Source: Takakia lepidozioides
Taxonomy: Eukaryota > Plantae > Bryophyta
Length of the DNA stretch: 64,000 bases
Assembly (NCBI GenBank): GCA_030704615.1
Contig: CM060731.1
Span: 10,292,001-10,356,000, forward strand
Direction: 5' to 3'
The notes beneath the pieces were generated by a model, which ran no database searches, had not been told where the DNA came from, and saw only the letters and a program-made list of their open reading frames with translations. This document shows positions 13,595 to 27,400 of the stretch, one piece after another (positions within the stretch are counted from its first letter, which is position 1; the number at the start of each line of letters is the position of its first letter). The position numbers and the translations under genes were made by a program.

Positions 13595-16500
13595 TTTTTT
13601 ATATTTATTTATTTATTTAAAGGGGATAGTAGCCCTAGGAGACTTTATTAAAATTATTGTGGGGAAAAAAATTAAAACCCCCGATTTCACCATGAGGCAC
13701 ACAAACTGCTAGCAGTGAATAACGAACCCACCTTCTCAACATGAGAGAGCGACTAAGAACGACTAAGAACTACATAACGGAGAACAGAGATCTCAACTGT
13801 CTCTTGAGTATTGGTTGCCAGAGGCCATAGATGGTGGATGTTGAAGAAGGAGCCAATCTAAGGCATCCTCGAAAAAAAACTACCTTGAATAGCACTGAGA
13901 TCAGATGAAACTTGGAATGTAAGGACTACATTACGCTAGAGGTACGAGGCCTGAGGAAGCCTGGGAGAGAAAAAACCCCGGAGAGAACTTGGCATTAGAG
14001 ACGGTTGTGACAGGGACTACCTTTTTATATAAAGTACCTCTCCCCCCATTCTATCTATACTGAAGCCTTGAGGCTGTAGAGGAGGGCTTCAAATGCTTCC
14101 AGTTGATGTCTCGATCAAACTCCGGAGATATGGTGGAGTGTCGCACCATGGTCCCGCCAACATGATGGAGGGAGCTCGGTCCAGATGCAGGTGTCAATGT
14201 CTGGGGAGAAGTAGATAAGGCCCCGCTTGCCCCAGGTGTTTTGAAAGGTAGCATGAATGGCTGTTGCATTCCTGGAGTTGCGCTCAATATCTGTACTGTT
14301 TTAGACCAAGCCTTTCTTGATTCCACCCCTAGATCATAAAAGACACTAGCAAGCAAGGCAGAGATAGGCGATGTCTCACCCGAGAAGGTTTTCTTGCAGT
14401 ACCTAGCTTTCCATAAGTGCCATAGGGTGGAGCTTCTGAGTGTCTCAAAGACAGGACAGGAAACAGATCTGTGCTTGGTCTGTTGGTTATAGTTGAGCAG
14501 AATGTCCAAGGATGAAAGCGTCTTAGAGTCCCAATGACTATAGAAATTTTTAACCAAAGGCCAGATTATAGCTGGGGCAAGACAGAGGAGAAGACAGTGC
14601 TCCAAGGATTCCATCGTGCCTGTTATGCAACAGCTACAAAGAAGAGCTGTCTGAAATTGCAACCACTCTCCCACCTTAAGCACTATGTTGGCCACTTGCC
14701 AGAGCCAGTTCTCATTCTGGAAGCCATAGAGGTCCCATTTTGCTTCCTATTTGCTTTTCAAGCAGCGAGCGTTAGAGAGGGCCTTGTATCATTTCCTAGT
14801 GGTGAACCCGAAAAAAGGTTCAGGAGTGTTTGCAAACTTCCAAGACCACACCATAGGGTCCATATCCAACTCTGCCAGTGGACGACCCAATATCCACACA
14901 AAGGTATTATTTGGAAGCCATTGGTGATGGATGAAGTTGAGTCAGTAACAAAGAGGACAAAGAGACAGTTTTGGAGAATGGCAAAAGCCCAGCACGGGAG
15001 GGAAGGAAGGGAAGGTCCAGTTTGAAGGCACGAAATCCATTCCGGATTTATGAATCGAATGATTTCCTGATATCCTGCTGCAGCCCTAGTGTGGAAATGG
15101 CCAATTCATTTTGAGATTTGAAGCTGCCATTGACCCAAATGTTGTTGATCTGGCTGATCCCAAGGCGGTCCAAGGAGGACCAGCGCTTAGCTTGACTTTC
15201 CTGAAGGGTTGAAGGCTTATTGGTATTCAGAAACAAGTGTTGGCGAAGGACCTCATAGTAAGAATCTGTTGGTTTCAGAATTAGAAACTGCCTGAATCTT
15301 CCCCATGCCTGCCAAATGTTTGACCACAGAGTGGAACCTATGGACTTTAGATTGAATCCATGCGTGATCCAACATAGGGGGGGTCCAAGTAGTTAGTTTC
15401 AGAGGGGATGAGAGGCCCATATTGTCATACACGAGGAACTTCCAAAGACCCCCTTCCGGACCCAGAAATCTAGGAATCCACTTTGCGAGAAGAGCTGAAA
15501 TTTGTATATACAAATCTATAATCCCCAGCCCTCCCTTCTTTTTTGGGCGGCAGATTTGAACCCAGGACACCTGTGGCCTTTTGTTCTCAGCAGAGTTTTC
15601 CGCTCCCCAAATGTAATTCCTGGTTAGCTTCCTAACCTCCTGAATCTGGGCAAAGTTTGGACGCCATACTGCGGCATAGTACCAAATGCCTGCAGACAGG
15701 ATTTGATTGGCCGTCAAGGCTCTACCCGTTATAGAGAGATGCATTCCTCCCCAATAGGTAAGCTTGTATTTCAGACAGCACAGGTTTGAACTTCTGAGCA
15801 TCTGAGAGATCAATCCCATAAGTGTAACCGAAGAGGGTTGTTGGTTCTCCTGGCCGGAGCCATTTCAGGCCATGGATTGCTCCCCAAGTCGGTGTCTCAC
15901 CAAGCATTGATTCTGAAAGATCGCCTACCAATAGAGCAAAATCTTATTCCAATTAACCTTGAATCCCGAAACCAAGCAAAAGGTGTTTAGGGTAGCTTCA
16001 GCATTGTCCAAATTTGGCTGGTTGGCCTGAAGCATTAAAAATGTGTCGTCAACAAACATAGAGTCAATGACTTGGGAGTTCAGGCGAGTGATGTAGTTGA
16101 TTATTCTAAGGCCTGATATCTATCTGTTGTTTTGAAGCATGTATCCCAAGGAGTCTGCCACAATGAGAAAGAGGAACGGAGAGAGAGAACAGCCCTGGCG
16201 CACTGATCTAAGTAGAGGAAAGGAAGGAGAGAGATGTCCATTAACAATGACCCTGCTAGAGGAGGTAGAAAAGGAGTATTTTAACCCATTGGCAGAATGA
16301 TTGTGGGAACCCAATCTTGGATAGAGCTGCGAGAAGAAAGCTCCACTCGACCCTGTCAAAAACTTTCTCAAAATCCAAAAGAAGCAAGGTTATTGCTTGC
16401 TTACTTCTATGAGCGTAGTGAGGGAGTTCTTGAGCTAATAGCAAATTGTCCAATATATATCTTCATTTCACAAACCCTGTCTGGTTAGGACGAATGAGGT

Positions 16501-16779
16501 TTGGCAGAAGAGGCTGCAATCAAAGAGCCAAAGCTTTAGCCACAATCTTGTAAGCCACATTTAGAAGGGTTATCGGTCGATAGTTAGAAATATTAGTTCT
16601 ATTTCCTTTCTTGAAAAGAAGTGTGATAACTCCTTGGGACATAGAAGAGGACATAACTCCGCTGTCAAAGAGGTGATTAACCATGTTTGTAAATTCATCA
16701 GCGATGTGATCCCAAAGAGCCTTGTAAAACTCCACCGGGATCCCATCTATGCATGGGGGTTTGTTGTTCTGAAACTTGA
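13595..16779 (-). mobile_element. L1/Tx1-type LINE ORF2 remnant (RT + zf-RVT) with 3' UTR and A-rich tail; frameshifted
   Basis: DGIPVEFYK, NYRPITLLNVAYKIVAKALA, LDFEKVFDRVEW, SVRQGCSLSPFLF, SMFVDDT, GGLGIIDL, ESLEHCLLLC spread over several frames; (TAAA)n/A tail at about 13595-13620. Confidence 0.88.
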
Positions 16780-17100
16780 CACTACAAGAAAAAAGGGGGG
16801 TTTTCGACGTCGCGGCGTCGTAAAACAGCCCTTTTTGGACAGGGGGAAGAACCAAATTTGCGACATCCGGGAGTCGCAAACCCGTCGCAAACCCGTCGCA
16901 AGGGCGTCACCAAAAAAACTTCGCAAATTTGCGACCAATGGGGGGCGCAAAAAGGCGAAACCGCGATTAGCGACGCCGACGCGACGTTCGAGCGTCAAAA
17001 AAAATAAAAATAAAAAAAATAAAAATAAACTACTCTGCATTGCAGAATTAGCACCGTCCGAGGGTCGCAAAGTGCGACGCCCAAATGTCGCAATTTAAAG
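16780..17100 (+). mobile_element. CACTA (En/Spm) transposon terminus
   Basis: Starts CACTACAAGAAAAA exactly where LINE homology stops, followed by subterminal GTCGCAAA/TTTGCGAC repeats in both orientations. Confidence 0.8.
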
Positions 17101-17935
17101 GGGTACATTTGAATTTATGCGAGAAAATTTGAATTTGAAATTTTGAATCTCCTTGTTGACCATTGACTCCGGTTCTGTCTAAAGGCGATATGTTCATTGT
17201 TCTACATATATCATGCACTTGGGAGGGTGCACTCTTTATAAAATGTCCGTATCACGTGCGTGTGCCGCCTAATAAAAAAAACCCCTATATACGGGTCCTT
17301 GGATCATTTATACCCCCTATGTACATACATTTTGAAGATTATAAAACCCCCTCCTGTAAATATATAAAAATTTATGATCTTTAAAAAGTACCCCCTTCTA
17401 TATGTATATTTCCCTTTTCAATCATTAAAAAATACCCTCAAATATGTATATGTATGTTTTTATATTATATCAACTTTATTTATTTAAGAACAAAATACTA
17501 ATAAATTATTAATAATAATAATATTTGCCCTCGATAAAATTATCAAAGACTTGGTGTGGAATCGTCAAGCTGATATCAAATATCTCACTCTGGAAGAAAC
17601 AGATGCAAAGAGGAAAGGGACATTGTCAATGCCCAATGTACAAGAGGCCTGAAGATAGTTTCCATTTTCTGATACACAGTCCTGGGTATTTTCATCAGAG
17701 AGTGACCCTCTTGAGGACCATCAAGACCTTAACCACTGCACCTCTGTTCATCAAATAGGACAGTTTCTGAACTTGTTCTATAGTTTCAACCTTTACAAGG
17801 TCCAATTATGTTCAAAACCTATTGTTGAGAATTCATCTTCGAAAAGATTTCATGCACCTTTGTTGCCACTGTTGGAGTCCAACCCGACTCGCAGCTGGCA
17901 AAGAATGCATTCAATTAGGTGACAAGCATTTCATT

Positions 17936-19229
17936 TCACCAGTACTCCCCACAAGAACAAACATCATTTTGGAAGTGGTGAAAGCGGTTGGCATCCCGTA
18001 CAACAATCTCTTGCTTAGCTATCTTTGAGATGAATTTGGTGGTGTGGCAGTCACCACACACCCAAAGGTTCTTGATGATCCCTAAAGGCATCCCAGAGGG
18101 TGTGTTGATAAGCCCAAAATCAATGGCCAGCTTCTCATTGTGGTGGCAAAGAGACGATTCTTTAAGCTCTTCCTCAACATCATGCAATGCAAAGCGCGGG
18201 CTTCATCCCTTCGCACACCATTTGCTCATAGGTCTCCAAAGCCTCCATCACGCGCCCTTGCTGTGCATATCCTGCAATCATCGCACTCCACGACAGCACA
18301 TCTCGTTCAGCCATACACGTTCGCCCTTCATACATGTCCACGAGGGTATTGTTCAGAATGACATTTGATACAATTGTTGCTCTTTGCCCTTTTCTAGAGT
18401 TGCCAAGCTTGCACACGCATTGCAAATGCACACAAACGTGTTGTGGTCGAGCATGTGAGTATGCACCTGCTTTCCAGCTTCCAGACCTTCCATTGATGCA
18501 CTTAAACAAGAGACAGACATACATATTTGAATATGCTGAAATGCCTTGCGATGTGGTTAGGCTTCACCCCTTCCCCCATCATTTGCTCATAGGTCTCCAA
18601 AGCCTCCATCTCGTGCCCCTGCTGTGCATACCCTGCAAGCATCATGTTCCATGACACCACATCTCGTTCAGCCAAAGTGTTGAAAACTCTCCTCACATCC
18701 TTAATGCACCCACATTTGGCAAACATGTCCATCAGGGCAGTGTTCAGGATGACATATGGTACAATTCCAACTTCGACAATGTCACTATGGACCTCTTTCC
18801 TCTTTTCCAGAGCTCCCAGGCTTGCACACGCATTGCAAACACAAACAAATGTGATGTGGTTGGGCTTCACCGCTTCGCACATCATTTGCTCGTATGTCTC
18901 CAAAACATTCCTACCACATCTATGCTTGGTAAATCCTTCCAACATAATATTCCACGTGATCAAAGATCATTGAGGCATTCTGTTGAACATTTGCAGGTGA
19001 ACATCCCTGATGCTCAGCACTTAACATACATATTTACAAGGGTGTTGAGTAGAAAAACATTTGTCGTGAATCCACTTTGGATAATGTGAGTGTGCACTTG
19101 CTTTCCAGCTTCGAGACCTTCCATCTTGATGCACTTAAGCAAGAGACATACATACATATCTTTTTGGTTTTTGGGGTGAATTGTCATGTTCCTTGTGAGG
19201 GCTGCGAATGACGCCACCTTAATGCCCAA
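17936..19229 (-). pseudogene. PLS-class PPR-DYW RNA-editing factor pseudogene
   Basis: PLS repeats (NTLVNMYVKC, RDVVSWNMMLAGYAQQG, KPNHITFVCV) and DYW domain ([33 protein letters not shown]), with several frameshifts and deletions. Confidence 0.9.
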
Positions 19230-19364
19230 CCTGTTTCATTGGTAGAACATGGCTGTTCGCTTAGGTTTTGTTTTAATTTTAAATATTTTAATTGGTTTTT
19301 AGGTTGGATTCCTATGTGCCGTTTGGATTAGGGTTACAGTTCTGGGTTTCTGGCTTCCGTTTTT

Positions 19365-19405
19365 GCTTTGGGGTTTGAGGTTTGGGGTTTGGGGTTTGGG
19401 GTTTA
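19365..19405. repeat. Short telomere-like (TTTGGGG)n tract
   Basis: tttggggtttgaggtttggggtttggggtttggggttt. Confidence 0.6.
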
Positions 19406-19835
19406 TCATTGCGGGCATGGGTTTTCGGTTTATGGTTTTCCATGGGGGTTTGAAATTTGGGTTGCGGGATCAGTGTTTGTAGTTACGGTTTCCCCGTGTT
19501 TCCCCGGGTATAGAATTTGTCATTAATGCCGTGTTTGCCGCACAATCAATTTTATTTCAGTCCATGCATCCTCCACTCTTCATGACTCACGTTCATCCCA
19601 CATTCATCCATCATTCATCCATCATCCATCCATCACCTTCTTTCATTCATCCATGCCTCTTTCATCTGTCCGTTTTTTATGACATATTCATCCCACATTG
19701 CATGCAGGGAGCACGACATGGAATGGTCCCTGGTCGCCTACGTGAATTTGCATTCAGAACAGTTTGCGTCCACCGCAATAGGCCCTGTATTACCGCGGCT
19801 TAAATCTGCTCACACTTAAGGAATTCTGCTCATGC

Positions 19836-21900
19836 TTAAGGATTTTGCTCACGATTAGTGTGCAAAGCGTGAGCTGGCTCATGTGAGCTGCTCACACGGT
19901 AGCTACCCTCAAACCAGGGAAATCCTCCACGTATGCTCCCCAACTGATCTTTGTTGTAAAGGTCAAAAAGTAATGAGGGAAGAAGGCTTTTAAGAACCGT
20001 TGAATTTTTAGTCTTATCATTGTGACTGGGTTGCTGTGTGGGGAGCAGATTTGTAGATGTTGCACAATGTGAGCTGCAGTGATCCAAAGGGACTCAACCA
20101 ACTCAAAATCATCCGAAGTGATCAAGAATGATGGGAGGTTACCATTTCGGAAAATGAGAGGAGTGATGCAAGAGGCCATAAGAGCATCCTTGACTTGGAG
20201 AGCAGAACACCCTTTTAAATTCAATGTTGGAAATGAGTCTATCCTCATGCAGAGCCTTGCAAAGGCAGAGTTAACTGCAATTCCAGTGATGACCCTAGGG
20301 ATTGGAGTGCTAGATGGTCAGGTGGGTTTAGTGGGCTGAATGAGCTCCACGGTGAGCTGCTCAACAAGGGGGCGCTGGAGACTTGCTGAAAATTGCCCCT
20401 GGCATTGGTGGGCCATAGCTTGATGACACAGATAGGTTCATGCTTCGAGTTGCATGGGGTCTAAAGAGGCGTTTTGCTTAACCCCTGACCATTGTTGCCT
20501 GAATTGCATTGTATCTTGAACAGGGGGAGAGACTGCAGCGACGGTAGTGAAGGCCGATGAAGGACCATCTGATAGCCGTGGGTTGGAGCCTGGAGCAGCC
20601 TGCGGAATGATGAACTGCCGCGAAATAGAATGCTTGTCAGGAACAGGTTTGAGGGGGGTCTCAGAGTTGTAATCAGATGGGGATCTTTTTCGCTTTGCAG
20701 TAGTACATTCCGCTTTGAAGTGACCCAATTGTCCACAGTTAAAGCAAGCCGCCGAAGTAGATTCTTCGAAAATTCGAACTGTGTAATAGTTACCATCCCT
20801 ATCAATAGGAAGCCTAATGCATCGAGGCAAGGTAGCATCATTGGGCATCATCAGAACAATTTTGGGTCATCCAGTGTCATTCAGGCGAGAGGCAATAGTG
20901 TCTGTCCTCCATGCAGGGTCCTGGCACAAAGTTGCAGTACACATTTGCGGGTCAAAGACAGAGAGGCAGCCCAAGTAGGAGCCAAAATGATTGGCAATAT
21001 CTGGAAGGTTGCCAAGATACTGATCAAGAATGAAAGGGATAGAAATGATCCGGGGTCCCCAAGCCTTCCCATTACGATTTCCTATCTTAGATGACCATGG
21101 GAACAAATTGACATTGAAGCCTTGGGTGTGAGGATTAAACAACAAAGCACGGTCTGCCATTTCCTTTGTCTCAAAAACTATTGAAAAAAAACCTCTTCCT
21201 TTGTTGTGACAGAACTGTTGTCTAAGTTCTCCCGAGCCACCCAAGTGACGGATTGCCCAATCTCGGACATGATCTCTATGGGTCTTTCTCTCTGGAAAGT
21301 GCAGTAAAATGCCATGCTCTTCCATCATAGTAACTCTATCATCCACCCCCTGGAGATCCACGGGAACCAGAGGGGAATCTTCTTCCATATCTTCCAAATT
21401 GATTTCCTGATCCTCGGGCGAGCTTAACTCAGCAGCTAGAGAAGATGGAACCTCCAGCAACAACGGGTCAACCCTGGGAACCTGGAGAAGAGGAGGATAA
21501 GGAGGAGAACGGGGGTTGAAAGAAGGGGGAGGAGGAGGCAATCTTATGGGGCCTCTGGAGAAATCATGTCTGGTCTGGGCGTGATGAGCCAGGTAGAAAC
21601 CCGTTCCAGAGGAGGGTTGGTAGCTTCTCCACATGGGTAGCATAGGGTCCCTGGGGAAGCGAGAGCCTGATGTTTCCATGAACTGCCGAGAGTTGTTGCC
21701 AGAGGATGCCATGAAGAAACTTAAGAAAGGTGGGGAGAATAGTACTGTGAGAATAGTATTGCGAAGGCAATTCAGCGGGAGAAAGACTAAGAAAATAGAA
21801 CGAGCGCAAGAAGCTGAAGACGGTAGCAGCACAAAGAGGAAAGAGAGAGCGGGGGAAGACAGCAGGGGCTCAGCGACTCAGATGGCGGCAACTCAGTCGA
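19836..21900 (-). mobile_element. LINE 5' portion: ORF1 (DUF4283/RRM-like + CCHC knuckle) and downstream degenerate sequence
   Basis: KGRGFFSIVFET..ALLFNPH..LFPWS, IANHFGSYL and CFNCGQLGHFKAEC in ORFs 20867-21832 and 20438-20851. Confidence 0.75.
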
Positions 21901-22584
21901 CAAAGGTGGCAGTTCCCATTAATGCCGACGGCTCGCATGAGAGAGTCCGGAGAAGACAACGCTGCTAAAAGAAGAAAACTTAATGGGAGTGCGATTAGAA
22001 GGAAAGAAGAGGGCAAGAGGGAGGCTCATTGGGACAATGATGAAAGGAGCCATAAAATTGACATAGGGATGCATACAGTAGAGAAAGTCGGATGAAGGGC
22101 AACTAAGACGACGAAGGTTGAGAGAGACTTTAGGACCTTAATGAAGAAAGGGAAGTTATGAAGATTTTGTGAAATCTAGATCGAAATGAGGCAATTCGCC
22201 TATGTGTGAAAAGGTTGTCTTCTGTACTTCTAGAATGATTGTAGGAAGGGTACACAGATGATTATTGTGCAAAGGGAAATCCAATGGAAGAGACAAAGAG
22301 ACCATTGGGATCTCCTTCCGCAAACCGCGGAGCGCTCGTCATCGCTCCCCCTTTATTTTATTTTTTCCAGTGCGATCTTCAGATGCGTCGCTGGGACATT
22401 CCAAAGAATCAGTAATTTATGTGACGGATCGCTACAGAGATTATGATGCGATGGCTCAATTACTGTGCTCACTTCTTTGCATAAGATATCCATCGAACAA
22501 TTAAAGCATTGGGAATAAATTTCGACCACAAAACAAATTTTTAATTTTCAGTTTTTTCTTTGTTTTCTAACAAGGGAAACACCT

Positions 22585-22740
22585 GTTGAGAGATCAAGTT
22601 CTCTCTTCACCAAAATCGGTGTGTGTGCCTTATGGTGTAATGGGGGTTTTAATTTTTTTCCCCAAAATAATTCACACTAAATAAAGTTCTCAAAGGGCTA
22701 CCTCCCCTTTAAACCAAAAAGAAACCAAAAAATAAAAAAC
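22585..22740 (+). mobile_element. Short 5'-truncated copy of the LINE 3' end
   Basis: Similar to the reverse complement of about 13595-13710 (tgtgtgcct.atggtg..gggggttttaattttttt.ccc..aataa..gggcta..ccccttta + A-rich tail). Confidence 0.7.
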
Positions 22741-22779
22741 ACCTGGGAGGAGAAAATAACATTTTTCACAGTAACCTCG

Positions 22780-22900
22780 CCCTAAAGGCGTCCAAATGGG
22801 ACACTGCCCAAGGGAAGGGGCAAAAGAACATACCACACCCATCAAGATAGAATCATCTGGGTGGCACTCAGTGCACTATCCAACTGAGCTATGACTGTTT
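22780..22900 (-). mobile_element. Possible tRNA-derived SINE remnant
   Basis: Minus strand starts gtcaTAGCTCAGTTGGatagtgcact (A-box-like); no clear B box or cloverleaf. Confidence 0.3.
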
Positions 22901-24849
22901 TTTTTTGCCAAAGACATTCTCCAAAAATAGATGTGTTTTATTTGAGACATCTTCTAAGTTCAGTTGCTCGCTTATTGGCAAAATGGTGTCGTTTATGATA
23001 TTATTCTAATATTTAAATGAATTATTTTACTATTATAATTTTGTTGGCTCTCTTCAATAGATTCAAGAGAGACTATGCATCGTATTAAAGTCAACAGAGA
23101 AAATGTGGTCAAAAGACCTTACACCATATCAACTTGGCTACAATTGCTTTCCTTCCAACAAGATCAAGTAAGTTTATATATATGTGTATATATAGACACA
23201 TACACTCTCTCTCGTAGTAGACCACCTAAGTAGATCATATTGATGTGCTAGAACCATATGTCTATTTATGACTTATATTTCTGTTTTCAAACATATTACC
23301 ACTATAACCGTGGATTGTGCTCATGCAAGCTTTTTTCCTACTCACGTTGTGTTCATAGTTCATACCGCTTTTGTTAGCACCTCTCCTTAATGCAACTTCA
23401 TCCACCCTCGGCTTCCAGCTCTCAAATCCAGGAAGGACCTCCAATTCACCTCTACGTCAACCTCCCCATTATATGCAGCAAATCGCCTTCGCCTGAGATA
23501 AAGGCAGGGCCTTTTTAACCACCGTCGGACCTCTCCCAAATTGACCCTTAAACGACGAGCACTATTTTGGTGGGCCCACAAAAATAGTGCATACCCTCAT
23601 GGATAAGGGTGTAACTTTTTACCCCCAATCATCCATATGGATGAACCTTATACTTATGTGCATATCTACTGTCGAAAGTGTAGGCAATTTGACGATTGGA
23701 TTTGGAAGATTGTAACAAAATAATATGCACCAATTTATAAATGTATTTTAAGATTGCATGGAAAAAATGGTTTGACCACTAAATTCAAAGTGTCGAATTG
23801 ATATTTCTGAGGCATATGTCCTCCACAATCTGATTATATGGCACTTGAGGGACTCTCTCCCCCAAAAAGCAGACCGAAATTCCAAAAACTGAGATAGGTT
23901 GCTTTGTATGTGAAATACAGGGGATAAATTTTCATGGTTTGGCTTCTTTCCCAAGTACACCCACGTGGTGGTATTTGTTTTCTAATTCCTCTAGTAAGTA
24001 AGTGCACACTAACATTACATAGTGCTTTGTCCAAAAAATTTGGCATATTGATAAATTTTGAGCCATAGATGTTATTTTCAAGATTGCTCATTTGGCCTGC
24101 CAAGTGGGCAGGTCAATGCTGGATTTCCAGACCCCTGGCACTTTGAAAAATTCTAGAGAGCAGAGCTTTTATTGTTTTAGGGCGCTGTAAATTTGCACAT
24201 GTGCTTCTCCCTAACCCCCAGCTCACTTTACCTGCAGGAATCATTTCCATCCACTGACATCCATAAAAGTTGGATTGTGACAGATGATTGACGCGATCCT
24301 ATGCGGGTTGCGTCGTCGTTTAGGGGTTAAGCAAATATCTACCATTTGTCAGTAACTCAGTTAGATACTTATGCATAAAAGAGGTTAATTTTCTCAATTA
24401 ATGGGCCTATCCTAAGTTGTGAGCAGGCACTCTCGAATACTTGGACGACCGGTTACAACTAACTTAGTAATTTTTGGAAATATGATAGGTTATTGTCGTA
24501 TCAACAAATTTCAACGTTGAATGAGGTATCTCTTGACTTAGATATGATATTTTACAAGATATACCTATCATGTGGACACCTCTTGATGGAGACTTATTAA
24601 TGACTTAGCCAGGATATCATGGAGCTGGAGATTGAACCCAAGATCTCATGGTGCTGAAGCATTGAACATAGAATCTCATGGCCTTCAAGCATTGAACCCA
24701 GGATCTCAGGAGCTTAAGAGCATTAAATAAGTTTTTCCATGGGCCCACCAGCCCCACCAATGGGTCAAGAACCAAGAACCGGACTTAGAAGCGCTTTGGT
24801 AGGTACTAGAGACATTCAGGGCTACAGCCCCATTTAGGGCTACAGCCCA

Positions 24850-25064
24850 GGGGTGGACCGGAACCGGAACCGCTTTGGAGCTGGAACCGCCGGTTCCCAC
24901 ACGTGTGGTCGTAGCTGGAACCGCCGGTTCCGGTTCCCACACAATCCCCAATGAGCGGTTCCGGTTCCGGTTCTGCACAGGCGGGTCCGGTTCCGGTCCG
25001 GTTCCACATAACCGGAACCGGAACCGGCGGTTACCCGGGGCCAGGCGGGTAACCGCCCAACACT
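24850..25064. mobile_element. MITE/hAT-like fragment with GGAACC/GGTTCC subterminal repeats
   Basis: Many ccggaaccgg/ccggttccgg motifs in both orientations; ends ...aaccgcccaacactg (CAGTG-type terminus). Confidence 0.6.
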
Positions 25065-27220
25065 GGTTATTTCCTAATTAAATACCTATGGTTCCAATTA
25101 TACTCTCTTAGGTTCTTTGAAATTTTGAGAACCATCGATTAAATGGGTATATATCCAGATCCATATCTAGCGGATACCAGGTCCCAAATCAAAGATCCTC
25201 TCGACACTCATGTCCCTATCAATAACCCCCCCAAGTTTGCGTGGGCTCCGAGGATTAGAGGATGATTCAAGAACATAGATACACATGGATATATCCAATA
25301 TGGACCCACAAATAGAGCCGGCTATCTAAAGTGTCCATGCAAGTATCCCCTAAGCCTTTGAATGCAATAAATTTTCTTCCTATTTTTGAAGGCTAATGCA
25401 GGCTGCATCTTACATTTGTAGCAAAGAATATGTACCTTCATAACCTCAAATGGCTTCAACTTGATATTGGTGGTGTTGAGGGTGTTGTTAATTGACATTG
25501 CTGGTATGCTCTTTCTTGACGGCTTGCCTCTTGCAATTAGCGTCAACACTTAGTGTTAAATAAACTATGGGGAATCATGCCCCATTTACAATTAGCTTAA
25601 TGGTTTTCAGTCTCAGTTCAGATTATAAGTACTAATTGAACATGAATGAAACGTGGAAACACATCTTAACAGTGTGAAACACATCCAACTTGAAAGATAA
25701 TTGGATTGAAAAGAAGCTAACAACTAGAGAGTGAACAATTAAGAATCTTCAGCAGTGAAGGAGTGAGAGGTGAGAGTGAGGCAATAAGAACGGGAGAAGA
25801 ACGTGGCCCGCGATACTGAAGGAGTGAGAGCAAGGGAGGGCTGAGGGTGGCCCGAGCAAAAAACAAAGTAGGGGTCAATTATAAATGAGGGTAAGACAGA
25901 GTATATTCTAGGCAAATCTCAAAAATAGGATCTTTCAATTTCCAAAACAATGATTTCATGGTGCGTCATGCTATAAAGAAAGAAATTTCCATTGAGCATG
26001 ACGATTTGCACAAAACAAAGACACTCTTCATAAATAGATGTGATACATTTGAGTCATCTTCTTCAGTTGCTCGTTTGTTGGCAAAATGTTGTCGTATGAT
26101 ACAATCTAATTTAAATGAATCATTTAACTATTATAATTTTGTTGGCTCTCTTCAATAGATTCAAGAGAGACTATGCATCATGTTGAAGTCAACAGAGAAA
26201 ATGTAATCAAAGGACCTTACACCGTATCAAGGCTCCGATTGCTTTCCTTCCAACAATATCATCATACAGTCAAACCAGGATAAATGTTACCTCTTTTTTT
26301 GTTATATCATCTTAAATGTTATGGTTTTCTTACTATGTAAAAATATACATTTTTTTTTTAATACACTGAGAATGACAAAGAGAGTGTTATTTGTTATTTG
26401 TTATTGAATACCTACTCTCCTCTTTGTTAAAACACACCTCTGTAATTGTTACATTCAATAAAATAATAAAATAAAATAATAATGGTACTAGTACTCAAAT
26501 TCAAATTCCCTATTGAAATGGGCATTTGAACTGTTGAAATGGCCAGGAGAACCCTAACCGCCACCTGTTAGGGTTGGGGGGCCTCTAGGGAACTCGAGAA
26601 CCTCTTGGTAGGGTACTGCGAATGTTTCAGGAACAGATAACAGTAGGTTAAGCACTATGTGATGACACCTTCAGTGCTACAGAGATACTATGAGCGTATG
26701 TTTGAAGAAGAGAGGAAATATCGGTGCTACCATTGTACGTGTCGGCAAATGTCTTGTTATGAGGTGGATCGAGAATCCAACAAGAAGCTGTATTTATAGA
26801 TTAAACGTGAGGTTCCACATTGGTCTAGATTTTGCTGTGAGAGCCAAAAGGTTGAAGTGCAAGTGCTTGAGTAGATTTAGTCTCAGATGAGGAAATATGG
26901 GATATGGTTGCAGCAAGTGAAGAAATCCATGAGGACGATGAAGAAGAATTAGTAGCCTCGGATGTACCTTCAGTCTCTTACTCTGAGGTCAAAAGGGCTA
27001 TAGAAACGGTTCATTTGTATCTTGCACAAAGTTCCTACTCTTGGAGCATAACAATTATCCAGGTTTGACTGTAGTACACACATTTTTAAACCACCTAAGT
27101 AGATCATATTGATGTGGTAGAACCATATGTCTATTTTATGACTTATATTTCTGTTTTCAAACATATTACCACTATAACCGTGGATTGTGCTCATGCAAGC
27201 TTTTTTCCTACTCATATTGT

Positions 27221-27400
27221 CACTAGAAGGAAAACGCAGTATAACCACTATGTGAACCACTAGTTTTTGAGTGGGAAATGATACTAAACCACTCCGAGCC
27301 TATCAGTGTTATAGAACGAGTGGATTTCGTGTCCCAGTGGTTAAAGACATAACGTGTCACCAGTGGTTGAAGACAGTGGTTGCGACCACTGGCCTCTGAA
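27221..27400 (+). mobile_element. Second CACTA transposon terminus
   Basis: CACTAGAAGGAAAA begins exactly where homology to the 23220-23350 repeat breaks; ACCACT/AGTGGT subterminal motifs follow. Confidence 0.65.

Noticed and set aside
22860-22900. tRNA gene
   Set aside because: Only an A-box-like start; no cloverleaf or T-arm.
24706-25081. RNRNR/GTGTG ORFs
   Set aside because: Translations of GGAACC subterminal repeats.
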